Below, piece by piece: positions 1 to 8,412 of a stretch of DNA of 41,088 bases (positions are counted from its first letter, which is position 1; each line of letters opens with the position of its first letter). The stretch is from positions 1-41,088 of IMG/VR virus record IMGVR_UViG_2579778622_000013. One strand, given 5' to 3'. Made by a program: the position numbers and the translations under genes. This stretch comes from a virus. Its lineage: Duplodnaviria > Heunggongvirae > Uroviricota > Caudoviricetes. Below the pieces are notes generated by a model. That model saw only the letters and a program-made list of their open reading frames with translations, did no database searches and had not been told where the DNA came from.

Positions 1-1251
1 GTGCTTACCGATACAAAATTAAAAAACCTCAAGCCGCAGGACAAACTGTACAAGGTCTCCGATCGTGACGGGCTGTATGTAGCTGTGCTTACGTCAGGCA
101 CGGTCTCGTTTCGCTATGACTACCGTATCAACGGTCGCCGTGAAACACTGGTAATCGGGCAGTATGGGCGTGACGGTATCAGCCTGGCAGAAGCGCGAGA
201 AGAACTGATTGCTGCAAAGAAGCTGCTTAAAGCAGGCCAGTCTCCGGCTGCGGCTAAACGTGACGGTATCAAAAAGATTCGTGGTGCCGAGACGTTTGCG
301 GTACATACCGACAGTTATATGAAACACGTCATCCTGGCTGACAGTACCCGCGCAATGAAGCAGGCGGTGATCGACCGTGACATACTTCCGGTTCTTGGCA
401 ACAAAATGATGGCTGAAATTACCACATCGATGGTTCGTGATTTGTGTGACCGGATTGTCGAACGCGGTGGTCGGGCAACAGCAGTACAGGCCAGGGAGAT
501 CATCAGCAGCGTATACCGTCACGCCAATGACCGTGGTCATGGTTTGTTTAATCCTGCGGCTGACATTAAACCTTCGTCTATCGCCATATTTAAACCACGA
601 GAGCGAACACTGACACCAGAAGAAATTGGCCTGTTCTTCCGCACGTTGGATGCCATTGGTGCTATGGGCACTATGAAAATGGCTTTAAAACTGGTGCTTA
701 TCACTATGGTTCGTAAGGGCGAATTCACCAATGCAACGTGGGATGAAATAGATTTTAAAAAATGGACATGGACAATTCCTTCAGACCGCATGAAGGGAAG
801 CCGGGCGCATGTTATTTACCTGCCTAAACAGGCTCAGGATATATTGGTCGGGTTGCAGATGTGCGCTGGTGGAAGTGAATATCTGGTTCCTGGTCGTTAC
901 AATTTCAGGAAGCCATTATCTAATGCCGCGCTGAACTCTCTGATCGACAGAACGGTGAAAATAATAAATGAAGATGGTGAGCATATTCAGGACTTCACCG
1001 TACACGATATGCGCCGTACAGCCAGTACGTTGTTGCATGAGGCTGGTTATCCTTCAGACTGGATTGAAAAGGCTCTGGCACATGAGCAGAAAGGTGTGCG
1101 CGCCGTATATAACAAAGCGGAATACGCCAGGCAGCGCGCCTACATGTTGCAGCAGTGGTCCGATATGATTGATTCCTGGATTAACGGGGAGCATACGGAT
1201 CTGATTCCGTTCTCCCCGTCGAAGTTTGAGAAGTGGATGGCGGGGGAATAA
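1..1251 (+). CDS. int: Tyrosine-recombinase phage integrase (P4/CP4-57-like, N-terminal arm-binding domain)
   Basis: 416 aa; N-terminus MLTDTKLKNLKP..DGLY..FRYDYR..SLAEAR matches P4-type integrase N-terminal pattern; C-terminal catalytic region ..VHDMRRTASTLL..VRAVY; GTG start at window position 1. Confidence 0.9.
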   Translation: MLTDTKLKNLKPQDKLYKVSDRDGLYVAVLTSGTVSFRYDYRINGRRETLVIGQYGRDGISLAEAREELIAAKKLLKAGQSPAAAKRDGIKKIRGAETFAVHTDSYMKHVILADSTRAMKQAVIDRDILPVLGNKMMAEITTSMVRDLCDRIVERGGRATAVQAREIISSVYRHANDRGHGLFNPAADIKPSSIAIFKPRERTLTPEEIGLFFRTLDAIGAMGTMKMALKLVLITMVRKGEFTNATWDEIDFKKWTWTIPSDRMKGSRAHVIYLPKQAQDILVGLQMCAGGSEYLVPGRYNFRKPLSNAALNSLIDRTVKIINEDGEHIQDFTVHDMRRTASTLLHEAGYPSDWIEKALAHEQKGVRAVYNKAEYARQRAYMLQQWSDMIDSWINGEHTDLIPFSPSKFEKWMAGE

Positions 1252-1254
1252 CGT

Positions 1255-1398
1255 TTAATAGTTCTGCTGATTTTCTTCCATCTCTGCTTCTGCTGCCAGT
1301 GATTCAATTTTGTTTTCGAATATTGCTGACAGTGTTGCAAATTCAGCATCAGTGACAGCGGGAATTGGAACAAACCTGATCCCGCTGTGTGCAAGCAT
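1255..1398 (-). CDS. Small acidic hypothetical protein (47 aa)
   Basis: ATG at 1398 downstream of methyltransferase stop; weak RBS; acidic C-terminus EAEMEENQQNY. Confidence 0.2.
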   Translation of the reverse strand: MLAHSGIRFVPIPAVTDAEFATLSAIFENKIESLAAEAEMEENQQNY

Positions 1399-1444
1399 GT
1401 TTGCAGTTTCAAGGCATTTCCTAAATCTGCTGGTGATGCCCTGT

Positions 1445-2095
1445 TCATGCTGCACGCTCCCGCCCCTGGTTGTCTGTTGGTGACAGCGGAGCATTGCTGA
1501 ATGCATTTGTTAATCTGGCAATATCCAACGCGTATCCAGGGTGTAGTTGCACTGCCGGGTCTTCGCACTGATTACCCCAAACATCGAAGCCATGAGACGA
1601 CTGGCGGGCGAACAGTTCAATGCGAGAAACATCGCCTAACAATTGCACAAGTTTTTCACGAACGACATCTGGTTTTCTTGAATGCTCAAGCCGCGGTGCG
1701 GTAAATGACTGAACGATCCCTGCATTAATGCGCGGAGGTAGTTTTCCCTTTACTGCAAACAGGCAATCTTCACTATTGGCGCGAGTCATGTGACCCATAC
1801 CCATAACCAGTTTATCTGGTTGTCGACTACCACATTTTATCCACGTGAATCCCTTCATGGTCATCAGACGGAATCCCCAGGCTTCAACAACTTTTAGTGC
1901 TTCGAGTGGTTGTGTTGGCACCCACCACATGGCCAACAGACAGTTTTCATCGGCCAAATCCCACACAGGAAGGCGGCAGATATCCAGCACACTCATAACC
2001 GGATATTTAAAACCGGCACCGCGATTACCATCTGCGGCTTTGTCCCGGTATACCCAGGGTGGATCTGCATAGATTAGTGTGTATTTCTTAGTCAT
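1445..2095 (-). CDS. DNA N6-adenine methyltransferase, MT-A70 family
   Basis: Catalytic motif LIYADPPW near N-terminus; ATG at 2095 overlaps stop of upstream ORF by 8 nt. Confidence 0.85.
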   Translation of the reverse strand: MTKKYTLIYADPPWVYRDKAADGNRGAGFKYPVMSVLDICRLPVWDLADENCLLAMWWVPTQPLEALKVVEAWGFRLMTMKGFTWIKCGSRQPDKLVMGMGHMTRANSEDCLFAVKGKLPPRINAGIVQSFTAPRLEHSRKPDVVREKLVQLLGDVSRIELFARQSSHGFDVWGNQCEDPAVQLHPGYALDIARLTNAFSNAPLSPTDNQGRERAA

Positions 2096-2387
2096 AAACC
2101 ACCCCACAACATCCTATGCCGCTATAGTCGCCACGGCGAAGGCCGTTACCTTTTGTGATACATTGGTCCCTGCGAACCGCGATCCTTGCACGTTCAACAT
2201 CACCAGAAGCAACATCCATACACTGAAGCCAAAGGTGAGCGGCAATGCGGAACTGCCCTTTTTTCTCTCTTTCAATCGCGCGTTTTTCGATCTCTATCGC
2301 CGCAGGAGTAACGGCGACAATCTTTGACTGACTGCGCATTGAAACCTTATTCATGTGATATTTTTCAAGTCGGCTTAACTTTCTCAC
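2088..2387 (-). CDS. Hypothetical early protein
   Basis: 99-aa ORF overlapping the methyltransferase start, same operon orientation; no recognisable motif. Confidence 0.45.
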   Translation of the reverse strand: MRKLSRLEKYHMNKVSMRSQSKIVAVTPAAIEIEKRAIEREKKGQFRIAAHLWLQCMDVASGDVERARIAVRRDQCITKGNGLRRGDYSGIGCCGVVYD

Positions 2388-2496
2388 TTAATCCAACCCT
2401 CTCTGAAAATTAATGCCAGCAGATAAAGCCATGCTGAAACAGAGGCCAGGAATAAGTACCATCCTGACCATTTGCTCCAGTGCCTTAGCAGCGCAC

Positions 2497-2745
2497 TCAT
2501 GCAGCGTTGCTCACGGGACGATATACACGTTGCTGAACAGGAGGTTTTTTACCCTGGAACTCTGCCGGGCTTGCTGCCTGACGTTCATCAAGCCAACGCT
2601 CAACTTCGTCACGGTTCCATGCGCAGCGTTTGTCAGTGATATACCAGCGTTTAGGAAATTCCCCTGCGCGCTCCATACGGTCGATAGTGCTCCATGACAG
2701 TGGCACCACCGCCAGGAGTTCCTTCTTACCTAATGCACCTTTCAT
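2497..2745 (-). CDS. AlpA-family DNA-binding regulator / excisionase-like protein
   Basis: Pattern V.PLS.STI.R...G.FP...RC.W...EV..W typical of AlpA/Xis-type winged HTH. Confidence 0.7.
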   Translation of the reverse strand: MKGALGKKELLAVVPLSWSTIDRMERAGEFPKRWYITDKRCAWNRDEVERWLDERQAASPAEFQGKKPPVQQRVYRPVSNAA

Positions 2746-2794
2746 AAATACCTCTCTTGGTTGCAGTGCGGCGCGTGTGGCGCCGCGGTGGTGG

Positions 2795-3736
2795 TTACAT
2801 AGATGTTTCGTTTAATTCTTCCCGACGAACGCTGTAAACGTCGGTGGCTTTTGCCAGCAGTTCGTCATCATCTGAAAGTTTTTGTGCAATGTATTTGTAA
2901 GCCTTATCCAGTTCGGAGACAGTGCTGTAATTCATCGCTGCGCTGGTAAAGGCCATCAGCATTTCTTCTGGATCACGGCTATCCGCTTTACGAGTTTGCT
3001 CATCAGGCTTTTTCACTGGTTTAGCGTTGATCAGACTGTTCATTCCCGCAGCAGTAGTTGTTTGCGGAGTAATGTCTCGCTCAACGCGCGGTGCCGTTTC
3101 CTGTAATTCGTCTGGTGTGTAGACGCCCATGATTACGTCAGGACAGTGCAAGCGAGACCAGCGTTTTGTCGCAAGGTATGCGAGTTGTTGTTTCGGATCA
3201 CTGGCCCAAAGTGTGGAGTTTCTTACCTGTGCTTGAGACAGCATTAACTCAAGCACTCGAGGTTGATCCTCGCCCTTCATGGTTGCCCATACGCGAACAC
3301 CGCAGCCTTCTTCGTCTTTTAGAGTCCAGCCTGGTGCGATATATGGATTGCCGTTTTTGGATGTTTTCTCAACAAACTTACCGATCACGCGTTCCCACGG
3401 CCCGAACCACTCGTAGTTGATGCGATCTTTTGTTGGCGACATCGTTGAGATAACTGCGTTTACTAATTGGGCTTCATAACCTAGCGTGCCGTTCACAACA
3501 TGGGTTTTCTGAGCAACGGCAAACGGGTTCATTCCCCACTGCGCAGCCTGCATTGCCACGGCCATGCAATCAGCTGGTTTCCCGGCGAGGTGCGCCGGTA
3601 CCGTTACGCGGCTTTGCGCCATTACCTCGGCGAATTTCATCAGTTGGTTCAAGCCGTCTGGGCTGAAAATAGTTGCAGCAGTTCCAGCGATTGCTGTGTC
3701 TACTGGTGCGTTGATGTTTGCGATGTCGTTGCTCAT
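2795..3736 (-). CDS. Single-strand annealing recombinase (RecT/Red-beta-like)
   Basis: 313 aa from ATG 3736 with AGGA RBS; immediately downstream of a PD-(D/E)XK exonuclease gene (exo-SSAP pair synteny); weak motif similarity only. Confidence 0.55.
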   Translation of the reverse strand: MSNDIANINAPVDTAIAGTAATIFSPDGLNQLMKFAEVMAQSRVTVPAHLAGKPADCMAVAMQAAQWGMNPFAVAQKTHVVNGTLGYEAQLVNAVISTMSPTKDRINYEWFGPWERVIGKFVEKTSKNGNPYIAPGWTLKDEEGCGVRVWATMKGEDQPRVLELMLSQAQVRNSTLWASDPKQQLAYLATKRWSRLHCPDVIMGVYTPDELQETAPRVERDITPQTTTAAGMNSLINAKPVKKPDEQTRKADSRDPEEMLMAFTSAAMNYSTVSELDKAYKYIAQKLSDDDELLAKATDVYSVRREELNETSM

Positions 3737-4554
3737 ATGTACATATCCTGTTTGCGTGCCCACTCAGGGCGTTTAATGATTTCCACACCGCCCCATTCAT
3801 CATTGATGCGGCATTCGTGATAGGTATTCAGATCCCGGCGGAACAGAGCGTGCCCGGCATCGACATCCTGCGCATCCAGCTCGAACACGCGTACCGGATA
3901 CCGACCACAATCAATGCTTTCGCTCACGGCAAGAAAGAAAAAACCATGCGGCTGACCAGTAACCCTCATTGCTCCTTCGCGGTACATTGCGTCCTGCACG
4001 TGGTAGCGGAATTCCTCGATGTGGCGTGCAAAACGGTCCATATCTGCAACCTTTTTCACGTCGACGATCACGTTGTGCTCGTTCAGCCATTTATCTGGGC
4101 GAATTCGGCACAACTCACCCGTCTCTTCATCGTTCCAGTACATTGATGCTTCGCAGTAACCAGGTGCTTCCAGCATCCAGCGTGCCGCCGGGTGAGCCAT
4201 TGCGCTATCACGCATCAGCTCCAGTTTCCGCCACTGCTCGGCATCAAGTACCGTAATCCCCATATCCGCTACATCACGAAGAAATGCTTCTTCGTCAGCT
4301 TTACCTTGTTTCGTCCGACGATCGAATTTCGGTGAAACAATGAAGCGTTTGTCGAACTCTCCAGGCTCCAGAAGCAGACAGTGCAATGCGGTTCCCATAT
4401 CCAGTGCAGACTTTTTCTCTTCGTCTTCTGGTGCTGCCTGAACCCATTTAAGAAGCGCCGGATTCTTGGCAACCATGTCCAGTTGCGACTTACTCACGCC
4501 GTCACCGGCGTGGTAGTCTTCGTTGCTGATGTCGAAATAGATGCCAGTATTCAT
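3733..4554 (-). CDS. PD-(D/E)XK exonuclease (RecE / exonuclease VIII C-terminal-domain type)
   Basis: 273 aa; D..(D/E).K-like motif RIRPDKW..IVDVKKV; located directly upstream of the SSAP gene. Confidence 0.6.
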   Translation of the reverse strand: MNTGIYFDISNEDYHAGDGVSKSQLDMVAKNPALLKWVQAAPEDEEKKSALDMGTALHCLLLEPGEFDKRFIVSPKFDRRTKQGKADEEAFLRDVADMGITVLDAEQWRKLELMRDSAMAHPAARWMLEAPGYCEASMYWNDEETGELCRIRPDKWLNEHNVIVDVKKVADMDRFARHIEEFRYHVQDAMYREGAMRVTGQPHGFFFLAVSESIDCGRYPVRVFELDAQDVDAGHALFRRDLNTYHECRINDEWGGVEIIKRPEWARKQDMYI

Positions 4555-4757
4555 AACTTAACCTTGTATTCGTTCTGCTTGTTGGAACGGGTTCCATCGT
4601 GGAAATATATTGCGCTCCTGGTTACCTCTACCCATTTGCGACGTTCAAGCTCAGCGATGAACCAAGAAACCTTCGATCTTGAGATACCAAGAATCTTTGC
4701 CATATCTCGGATGCTGTGTTTTCCACCTCGCAGCAATGAGAGGAGTGTTGGTTTCAT
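4551..4757 (-). CDS. Small HTH DNA-binding protein
   Basis: 68 aa; HTH-like segment IRDMAKILGISRSKVSWFIAELE. Confidence 0.5.
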   Translation of the reverse strand: MKPTLLSLLRGGKHSIRDMAKILGISRSKVSWFIAELERRKWVEVTRSAIYFHDGTRSNKQNEYKVKL

Positions 4758-5053
4758 GCCGCGTCCCTCTGTCCATCAAGCTGATCCGCCAGATCCCAGC
4801 GGGCGATAATTGCCATTGCCTCGCGCCGGTAGGCATCCATAAGTTCTTCGAACTCAGAGCTGTCTTTAGCTGCCTCCAGCACTTCCTGGCGAACTCCTTT
4901 GCCTGTTACAGCGTCAAAAGTTGAGGCCAGTTGATGAAGCCGGATGCTCTCGATCAGTTCAACTTGTCGGTCATATAACTGTTCTGACAGGCGGTAGTCC
5001 TTGTCGAATGCCAGCATGATTTTTTGAAGATTTTTCTGCTGATTAACGTTCAT
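4754..5053 (-). CDS. Hypothetical early protein
   Basis: ATG at 5053 preceded by strong GGGAGGG RBS. Confidence 0.45.
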   Translation of the reverse strand: MNVNQQKNLQKIMLAFDKDYRLSEQLYDRQVELIESIRLHQLASTFDAVTGKGVRQEVLEAAKDSSEFEELMDAYRREAMAIIARWDLADQLDGQRDAA

Positions 5054-5055
5054 TA

Positions 5056-5208
5056 TCAGCCCTCCCATATCTCGTTATCGTTGGCCACATCGCGAGCTTC
5101 TTTGCTGACGAAAGCCCACTTAATGCCTTCCTGTAAGGTGCGGAACTTCCAGCTCATGAATCCGCATGCAGTAACGCAGTACCAACCGTTGATGATTTTC
5201 CACTGCAT
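5056..5208 (-). CDS. Small hypothetical protein (50 aa), first gene of early-left operon
   Basis: ATG 5208 with GAGG RBS; below the 60-aa ORF-track cutoff; translated by hand as MQWKIINGWYCVTACGF... Confidence 0.3.
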   Translation of the reverse strand: MQWKIINGWYCVTACGFMSWKFRTLQEGIKWAFVSKEARDVANDNEIWEG

Positions 5209-5289
5209 AACTTGTTACCTCGGTCTGTTACCGTTGAGGTAATAATTATGCGTATCTGGTTTGATGTCAATAGATATGAGTTAAAAAAA

Positions 5290-5304
5290 TTACCCAAAAG
5301 GTAA
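5290..5304. promoter_or_regulatory. Operator-like palindrome TTACCCAAAAGGTAA at head of early-left operon (OL-like position)
   Basis: Perfect TTACC-N5-GGTAA dyad between repressor-gene terminator and first early-left gene. Confidence 0.5.
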
Positions 5305-5313
5305 TCTAACAGG

Positions 5314-5341
5314 CAATAAAAAAGCCGCCATGAGGCGGCTT
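5314..5341 (-). terminator. Rho-independent terminator downstream of repressor gene
   Basis: 8-bp GC-rich stem AAGCCGCC/GGCGGCTT followed by a T-run on the minus strand. Confidence 0.6.
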
Positions 5342-5361
5342 ACTTGCTGAAAACTATAGTT

Positions 5362-5946
5362 TTATTGTTTGTTTTTTTCGTTCTGGTTGATGACAAATTC
5401 AATGTAACTTTCGATCTTTGCTTTCTCGGTTTCGGGTAACAATGCGTAGCGCGAGCGGTCATAGTTGATAGTCGCAGGGTCGTGCGGGTGAATCAGTAAT
5501 TCATAGCCATGACGCCCGAATGCGGATGCAACATTCTCCAGGGTGGAAATGGAAACGCTGACCTCATTGTTTAACAGGCGGCTGATTGTCACCTGGGCGA
5601 CGCCGGATGCGCGGTGAAGTTTTCCCTGCGTTGAAAGGTCGCGGCTTTCGCTCATCCAGCGTTCCAGGTTGTGAGCCGCCAGCTGACCAATGTCGCTTGG
5701 GCCGACAGGCTGAAAACCTTCCTGAGAAAGCGAGCGATCGATATCAAGCCAGTTACGGGGTTTATTGGCGGCAGCTTCAATTTTTCGTGCAACCTGGTCG
5801 CCGATAACCTTCTTGCCAAGAGCCCAGCGGTTTACCAGATTTGCCTGAGTTCCAAGTTTTTCTGCCATCCGCGTCTGAACACCATTGAATTCACGGTCGA
5901 TCAAGTCGTTGAGATTTTGCCTGCGGACGTCCTGGATACTTTTCAT
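5362..5946 (-). CDS. Prophage repressor (CI-like), tandem HTH, no LexA-type S24 autocleavage domain
   Basis: 194 aa; divergent from cro-like gene with three operators between; HTH-like segments near residues 25-60 and 110-150; no Ala-Gly / GDSM / Lys motifs. Confidence 0.65.
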   Translation of the reverse strand: MKSIQDVRRQNLNDLIDREFNGVQTRMAEKLGTQANLVNRWALGKKVIGDQVARKIEAAANKPRNWLDIDRSLSQEGFQPVGPSDIGQLAAHNLERWMSESRDLSTQGKLHRASGVAQVTISRLLNNEVSVSISTLENVASAFGRHGYELLIHPHDPATINYDRSRYALLPETEKAKIESYIEFVINQNEKNKQ

Positions 5947-6001
5947 TTTCTGGAAAATCGCCTCATATATGAATCAGTAGATGATTCAATTTAAAGCAAT
6001 A

Positions 6002-6064
6002 TTACCCAACAGGTAAATGCACCTCATGGGTAACTATCCTTGATTTTTGTTACCTTATGGGTGA
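6002..6064. promoter_or_regulatory. Tripartite operator region between repressor and cro-like genes
   Basis: Three 15-bp dyads: 6002-6016 TTACCCAACAGGTAA, 6019-6033 GCACCTCATGGGTAA, 6050-6064 TTACCTTATGGGTGA. Confidence 0.65.
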
Positions 6065-6100
6065 ATATTTATTATCTGAAATAAATATCAGGCAATAGCT

Positions 6101-6331
6101 ATGAGCGATAACGGACATTTCGATTTCAAAAAGCACTGGCTTGCACTTACTCCGGATGAGCGTGAAGCCTTCGCACAGGAAGCCGGAACGACGAGTCACT
6201 ATATCCAGACTCACTTAACAGGTAAGCGCAAAATGCCAGGTAAAGTATTGATGAATGGGCTTTTTAAAGCCTGTAAAACAAGACAATGGCTGCGCTCAAA
6301 AGCAGAACTGGCATACTTCTTCTACTCATGA
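6101..6331 (+). CDS. Cro/CII-like HTH regulator
   Basis: 76 aa, divergent from repressor; HTH-like EREAFAQEAGTTSHYIQTHLTGKR. Confidence 0.55.
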   Translation: MSDNGHFDFKKHWLALTPDEREAFAQEAGTTSHYIQTHLTGKRKMPGKVLMNGLFKACKTRQWLRSKAELAYFFYS

Positions 6332-6353
6332 TATCCAGCTACAACCCTCTGTA

Positions 6354-6376
6354 GACCGCCACCCGGCGGTCTTTTC
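6354..6376 (+). terminator. Rho-independent terminator after cro-like gene
   Basis: Stem GACCGCC/GGCGGTC, loop ACCC, followed by TTTT. Confidence 0.55.
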
Positions 6377-6386
6377 ATATCTATTC

Positions 6387-6401
6387 GTACCTCAAAGGTA
6401 A
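6387..6401. promoter_or_regulatory. Operator-like palindrome GTACCTCAAAGGTAA
   Basis: TTACC-N5-GGTAA family site directly after the terminator, upstream of the zinc-finger gene. Confidence 0.4.
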
Positions 6402-6481
6402 TAAATAACCAAATCTGGTTGATATTTTTTTTGTGTCAGCACAAAATAACCGTAATCCCAATACTAATAGCAGGGCTTACC

Positions 6482-6682
6482 ATGGAAATCATTACACGTA
6501 TTGATGCCGCAAAGCGCGGACTTAAACGCTACTACACCGGAAAAACATGTAAGCACGGACATGACAGTGAACGCTGGGTTTACAACGGACACTGTGTTGA
6601 GTGCACCATGGAATCAAACCGTCGTATCAGGGCAGAGATTAAGCAGATCATGATTAATTCCTCCCCACAACATTCAAGCTGA
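6482..6682 (+). CDS. Small Cys/His zinc-finger-like protein
   Basis: 66 aa from ATG 6482; motif C-KHGH...C-VEC; ORF-track start at 6419 judged less likely. Confidence 0.4.
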   Translation: MEIITRIDAAKRGLKRYYTGKTCKHGHDSERWVYNGHCVECTMESNRRIRAEIKQIMINSSPQHSS

Positions 6683-6697
6683 TAGCGGAGATTAATC

Positions 6698-7513
6698 ATG
6701 AGCAGACATGCAACAGATTGGGCCTGGGAGACAGATCCAGGTAGCTCGTCATTAAAGCTCATACTGCTCTCGATGGCTGACAGAGCCGATGAATATAACC
6801 TCTGCTACCCCAGCATAGAACGCCTCGTTAAAGACACTTGCCTGAATAAAAAAACCGTGCAGGCCGGACTTATATCGCTCATGAAAATGGGGCTTATTTC
6901 AGATACCGGAGAGAGAAAGGGAGCGACGAAAAGAGTGCGGGTTTTCTCTCTTAATATAACCAAAAACGGGAACATTAAAGGCAACCGGGAAGGGGGTAAT
7001 GAACCCGAAAACGGTAATGTTACCGAAAACGGGAATATACCCAAAAACGGGATGTTGAATGATCCCAAAAACGGGATGTTGAATGATCCCAAAAACGGGA
7101 TCCAGAACCAGTCATATAACCAGTCATTTAACCAAGAGAGGGAGAGCAGGACAAAAACCGGGGATTCTGTTCCTCATGACCCCGGCGCAAACAACGCCGT
7201 GATGAATAACTTTGTTCCTCCTGGTGGGATAGGGCAATTAGGAAAATTTGTCATGCATGAACAATGGCAGCCATCAGATGACTTTCTTCGGAAAAGCTCA
7301 TTGCAGGGAATCTACCTGGACAGTCTGCCAACGGCACAGGAACTTGCAGAGTTCAGAATTTACTGGATGGCTGAGGGTAAGGCATACCATCAGGCACAGT
7401 GGGAGCAGAAGCTGGCAAGGCGGCTGCAGATTAGCAGACAGAAGCAATCAACATTACCTGATAACAACGTTCCGCACTGGAACAGCCCTGAAGCATGGGA
7501 GGATTTCTTGTGA
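6698..7513 (+). CDS. Replication initiator, lambda O-like (N-terminal DNA-binding domain, repeat-encoded linker, C-terminal domain)
   Basis: 271 aa; internal DNA iterons translate to NG-rich repeats (PKNGMLND x2); position directly upstream of P-like gene. Confidence 0.75.
   Translation: MSRHATDWAWETDPGSSSLKLILLSMADRADEYNLCYPSIERLVKDTCLNKKTVQAGLISLMKMGLISDTGERKGATKRVRVFSLNITKNGNIKGNREGGNEPENGNVTENGNIPKNGMLNDPKNGMLNDPKNGIQNQSYNQSFNQERESRTKTGDSVPHDPGANNAVMNNFVPPGGIGQLGKFVMHEQWQPSDDFLRKSSLQGIYLDSLPTAQELAEFRIYWMAEGKAYHQAQWEQKLARRLQISRQKQSTLPDNNVPHWNSPEAWEDFL
6957..7109. repeat. Replication origin iterons inside the O-like gene
   Basis: Six copies of ~CCNAAAACGGGA at 18-24 bp spacing, including two identical 24-mers CCCAAAAACGGGATGTTGAATGAT. 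Confidence 0.7.
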
Positions 7514-8295
7514 ACAACGTTTTTACCGCGATACAAAACCGTGACGGAGAAGCCCTTTCTCGCATGTCAGGTTATGAGCATCAGTACGTCAACAATGACA
7601 ATGTGGTTAACATGTCAGCAGAGAGGCTTGTTGATGCCCTTTTCAAACAGCTGAAACAACTGTTTCCGGCGGCAGTGGTAACCAACCTGAAGACGCCAGA
7701 GCAGGAAGTAGCTGCAAAACAGCAGTGGATTGCTGCGTTTGCCGAAGGGGGGATCCGAACCCGTGAACAGGTTTCTGCTGGTATGCGCCACGCCCGCGCC
7801 AGTGAATCTCCGTTCTGGCCGTCGCCTGGGCAATTCATCAAGTGGTGTAAAGACAGCAAGATGGTTCTTGGCGTCACCATTGACGATGTGATGGCGGAGT
7901 TTCACCGGTACAGCAAGGAAAAAAGTTTATATCCTGGTGGTCCCGAAAGATTCCCGTGGCGACATCCGGTTATGTACTGGGTCGTATGTGATACCCGCCG
8001 TGCAATGTATCAGCGCCAGCTTAGCGAGATTGAGGTTGAGAAACACGCGCGCAGGCTGCTCGATGATTGGGCGAAAAAGGTGGCTTCCGGACAGCAGATA
8101 CCCGATCCGGTGATCAGCATACAGGCAAAGCCAGAACCCATGAGTACACCTCCGGACACAGGGAGAGACGTTTACCATCCACCAGGGCGAAGTTTCGGGT
8201 GCATGCCTAACGCCGCCACCCTAGGGGGAATAACACCGGCGCAGTGGCTGATGGAGGAATACAGGCGGGGAAAGGCGGCAGGATTTATCAAGTAA
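7510..8295 (+). CDS. Replication protein P-like helicase loader
   Basis: Segment GGIRTREQVSAGMRHARASESPFWPSPGQFIKWC closely parallels lambda P NGITTMEQVNAGMRVARRQNRPFLPSPGQFVAWC (recalled from memory); GTG 7510 after GGAGGA RBS, overlapping O stop. Confidence 0.85.
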   Translation: MNNVFTAIQNRDGEALSRMSGYEHQYVNNDNVVNMSAERLVDALFKQLKQLFPAAVVTNLKTPEQEVAAKQQWIAAFAEGGIRTREQVSAGMRHARASESPFWPSPGQFIKWCKDSKMVLGVTIDDVMAEFHRYSKEKSLYPGGPERFPWRHPVMYWVVCDTRRAMYQRQLSEIEVEKHARRLLDDWAKKVASGQQIPDPVISIQAKPEPMSTPPDTGRDVYHPPGRSFGCMPNAATLGGITPAQWLMEEYRRGKAAGFIK

Positions 8296-8301
8296 TACCA
8301 G

Positions 8302-8320
8302 CGCGATAGCGCATTTTTTT
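8302..8320 (+). terminator. Weak intrinsic terminator after P-like gene
   Basis: GCGC-GATA-GCGC hairpin followed by ATTTTTTT. Confidence 0.35.
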
Positions 8321-8332
8321 ACGTCTCAATGA

Positions 8333-8409
8333 TTACCTGATGGGTAATAAAATATCCTAAAATCTATTGATTTCGTGTCTTATGTGGTTTTTAATTACCT
8401 CAGGGGTAA
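8333..8409. promoter_or_regulatory. Two operator-like palindromes upstream of nin-like operon
   Basis: 8333-8347 TTACCTGATGGGTAA and 8395-8409 TTACCTCAGGGGTAA; the second overlaps the RBS of the 8413 gene. Confidence 0.45.
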
Positions 8410-8412
8410 ATC

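Noticed and set aside
6805-7092. 95-aa minus-strand ORF across the iteron array
   Set aside because: Its repetitive peptide (FNIPFLGSFNIPFLG) is just the antisense translation of the DNA iterons.
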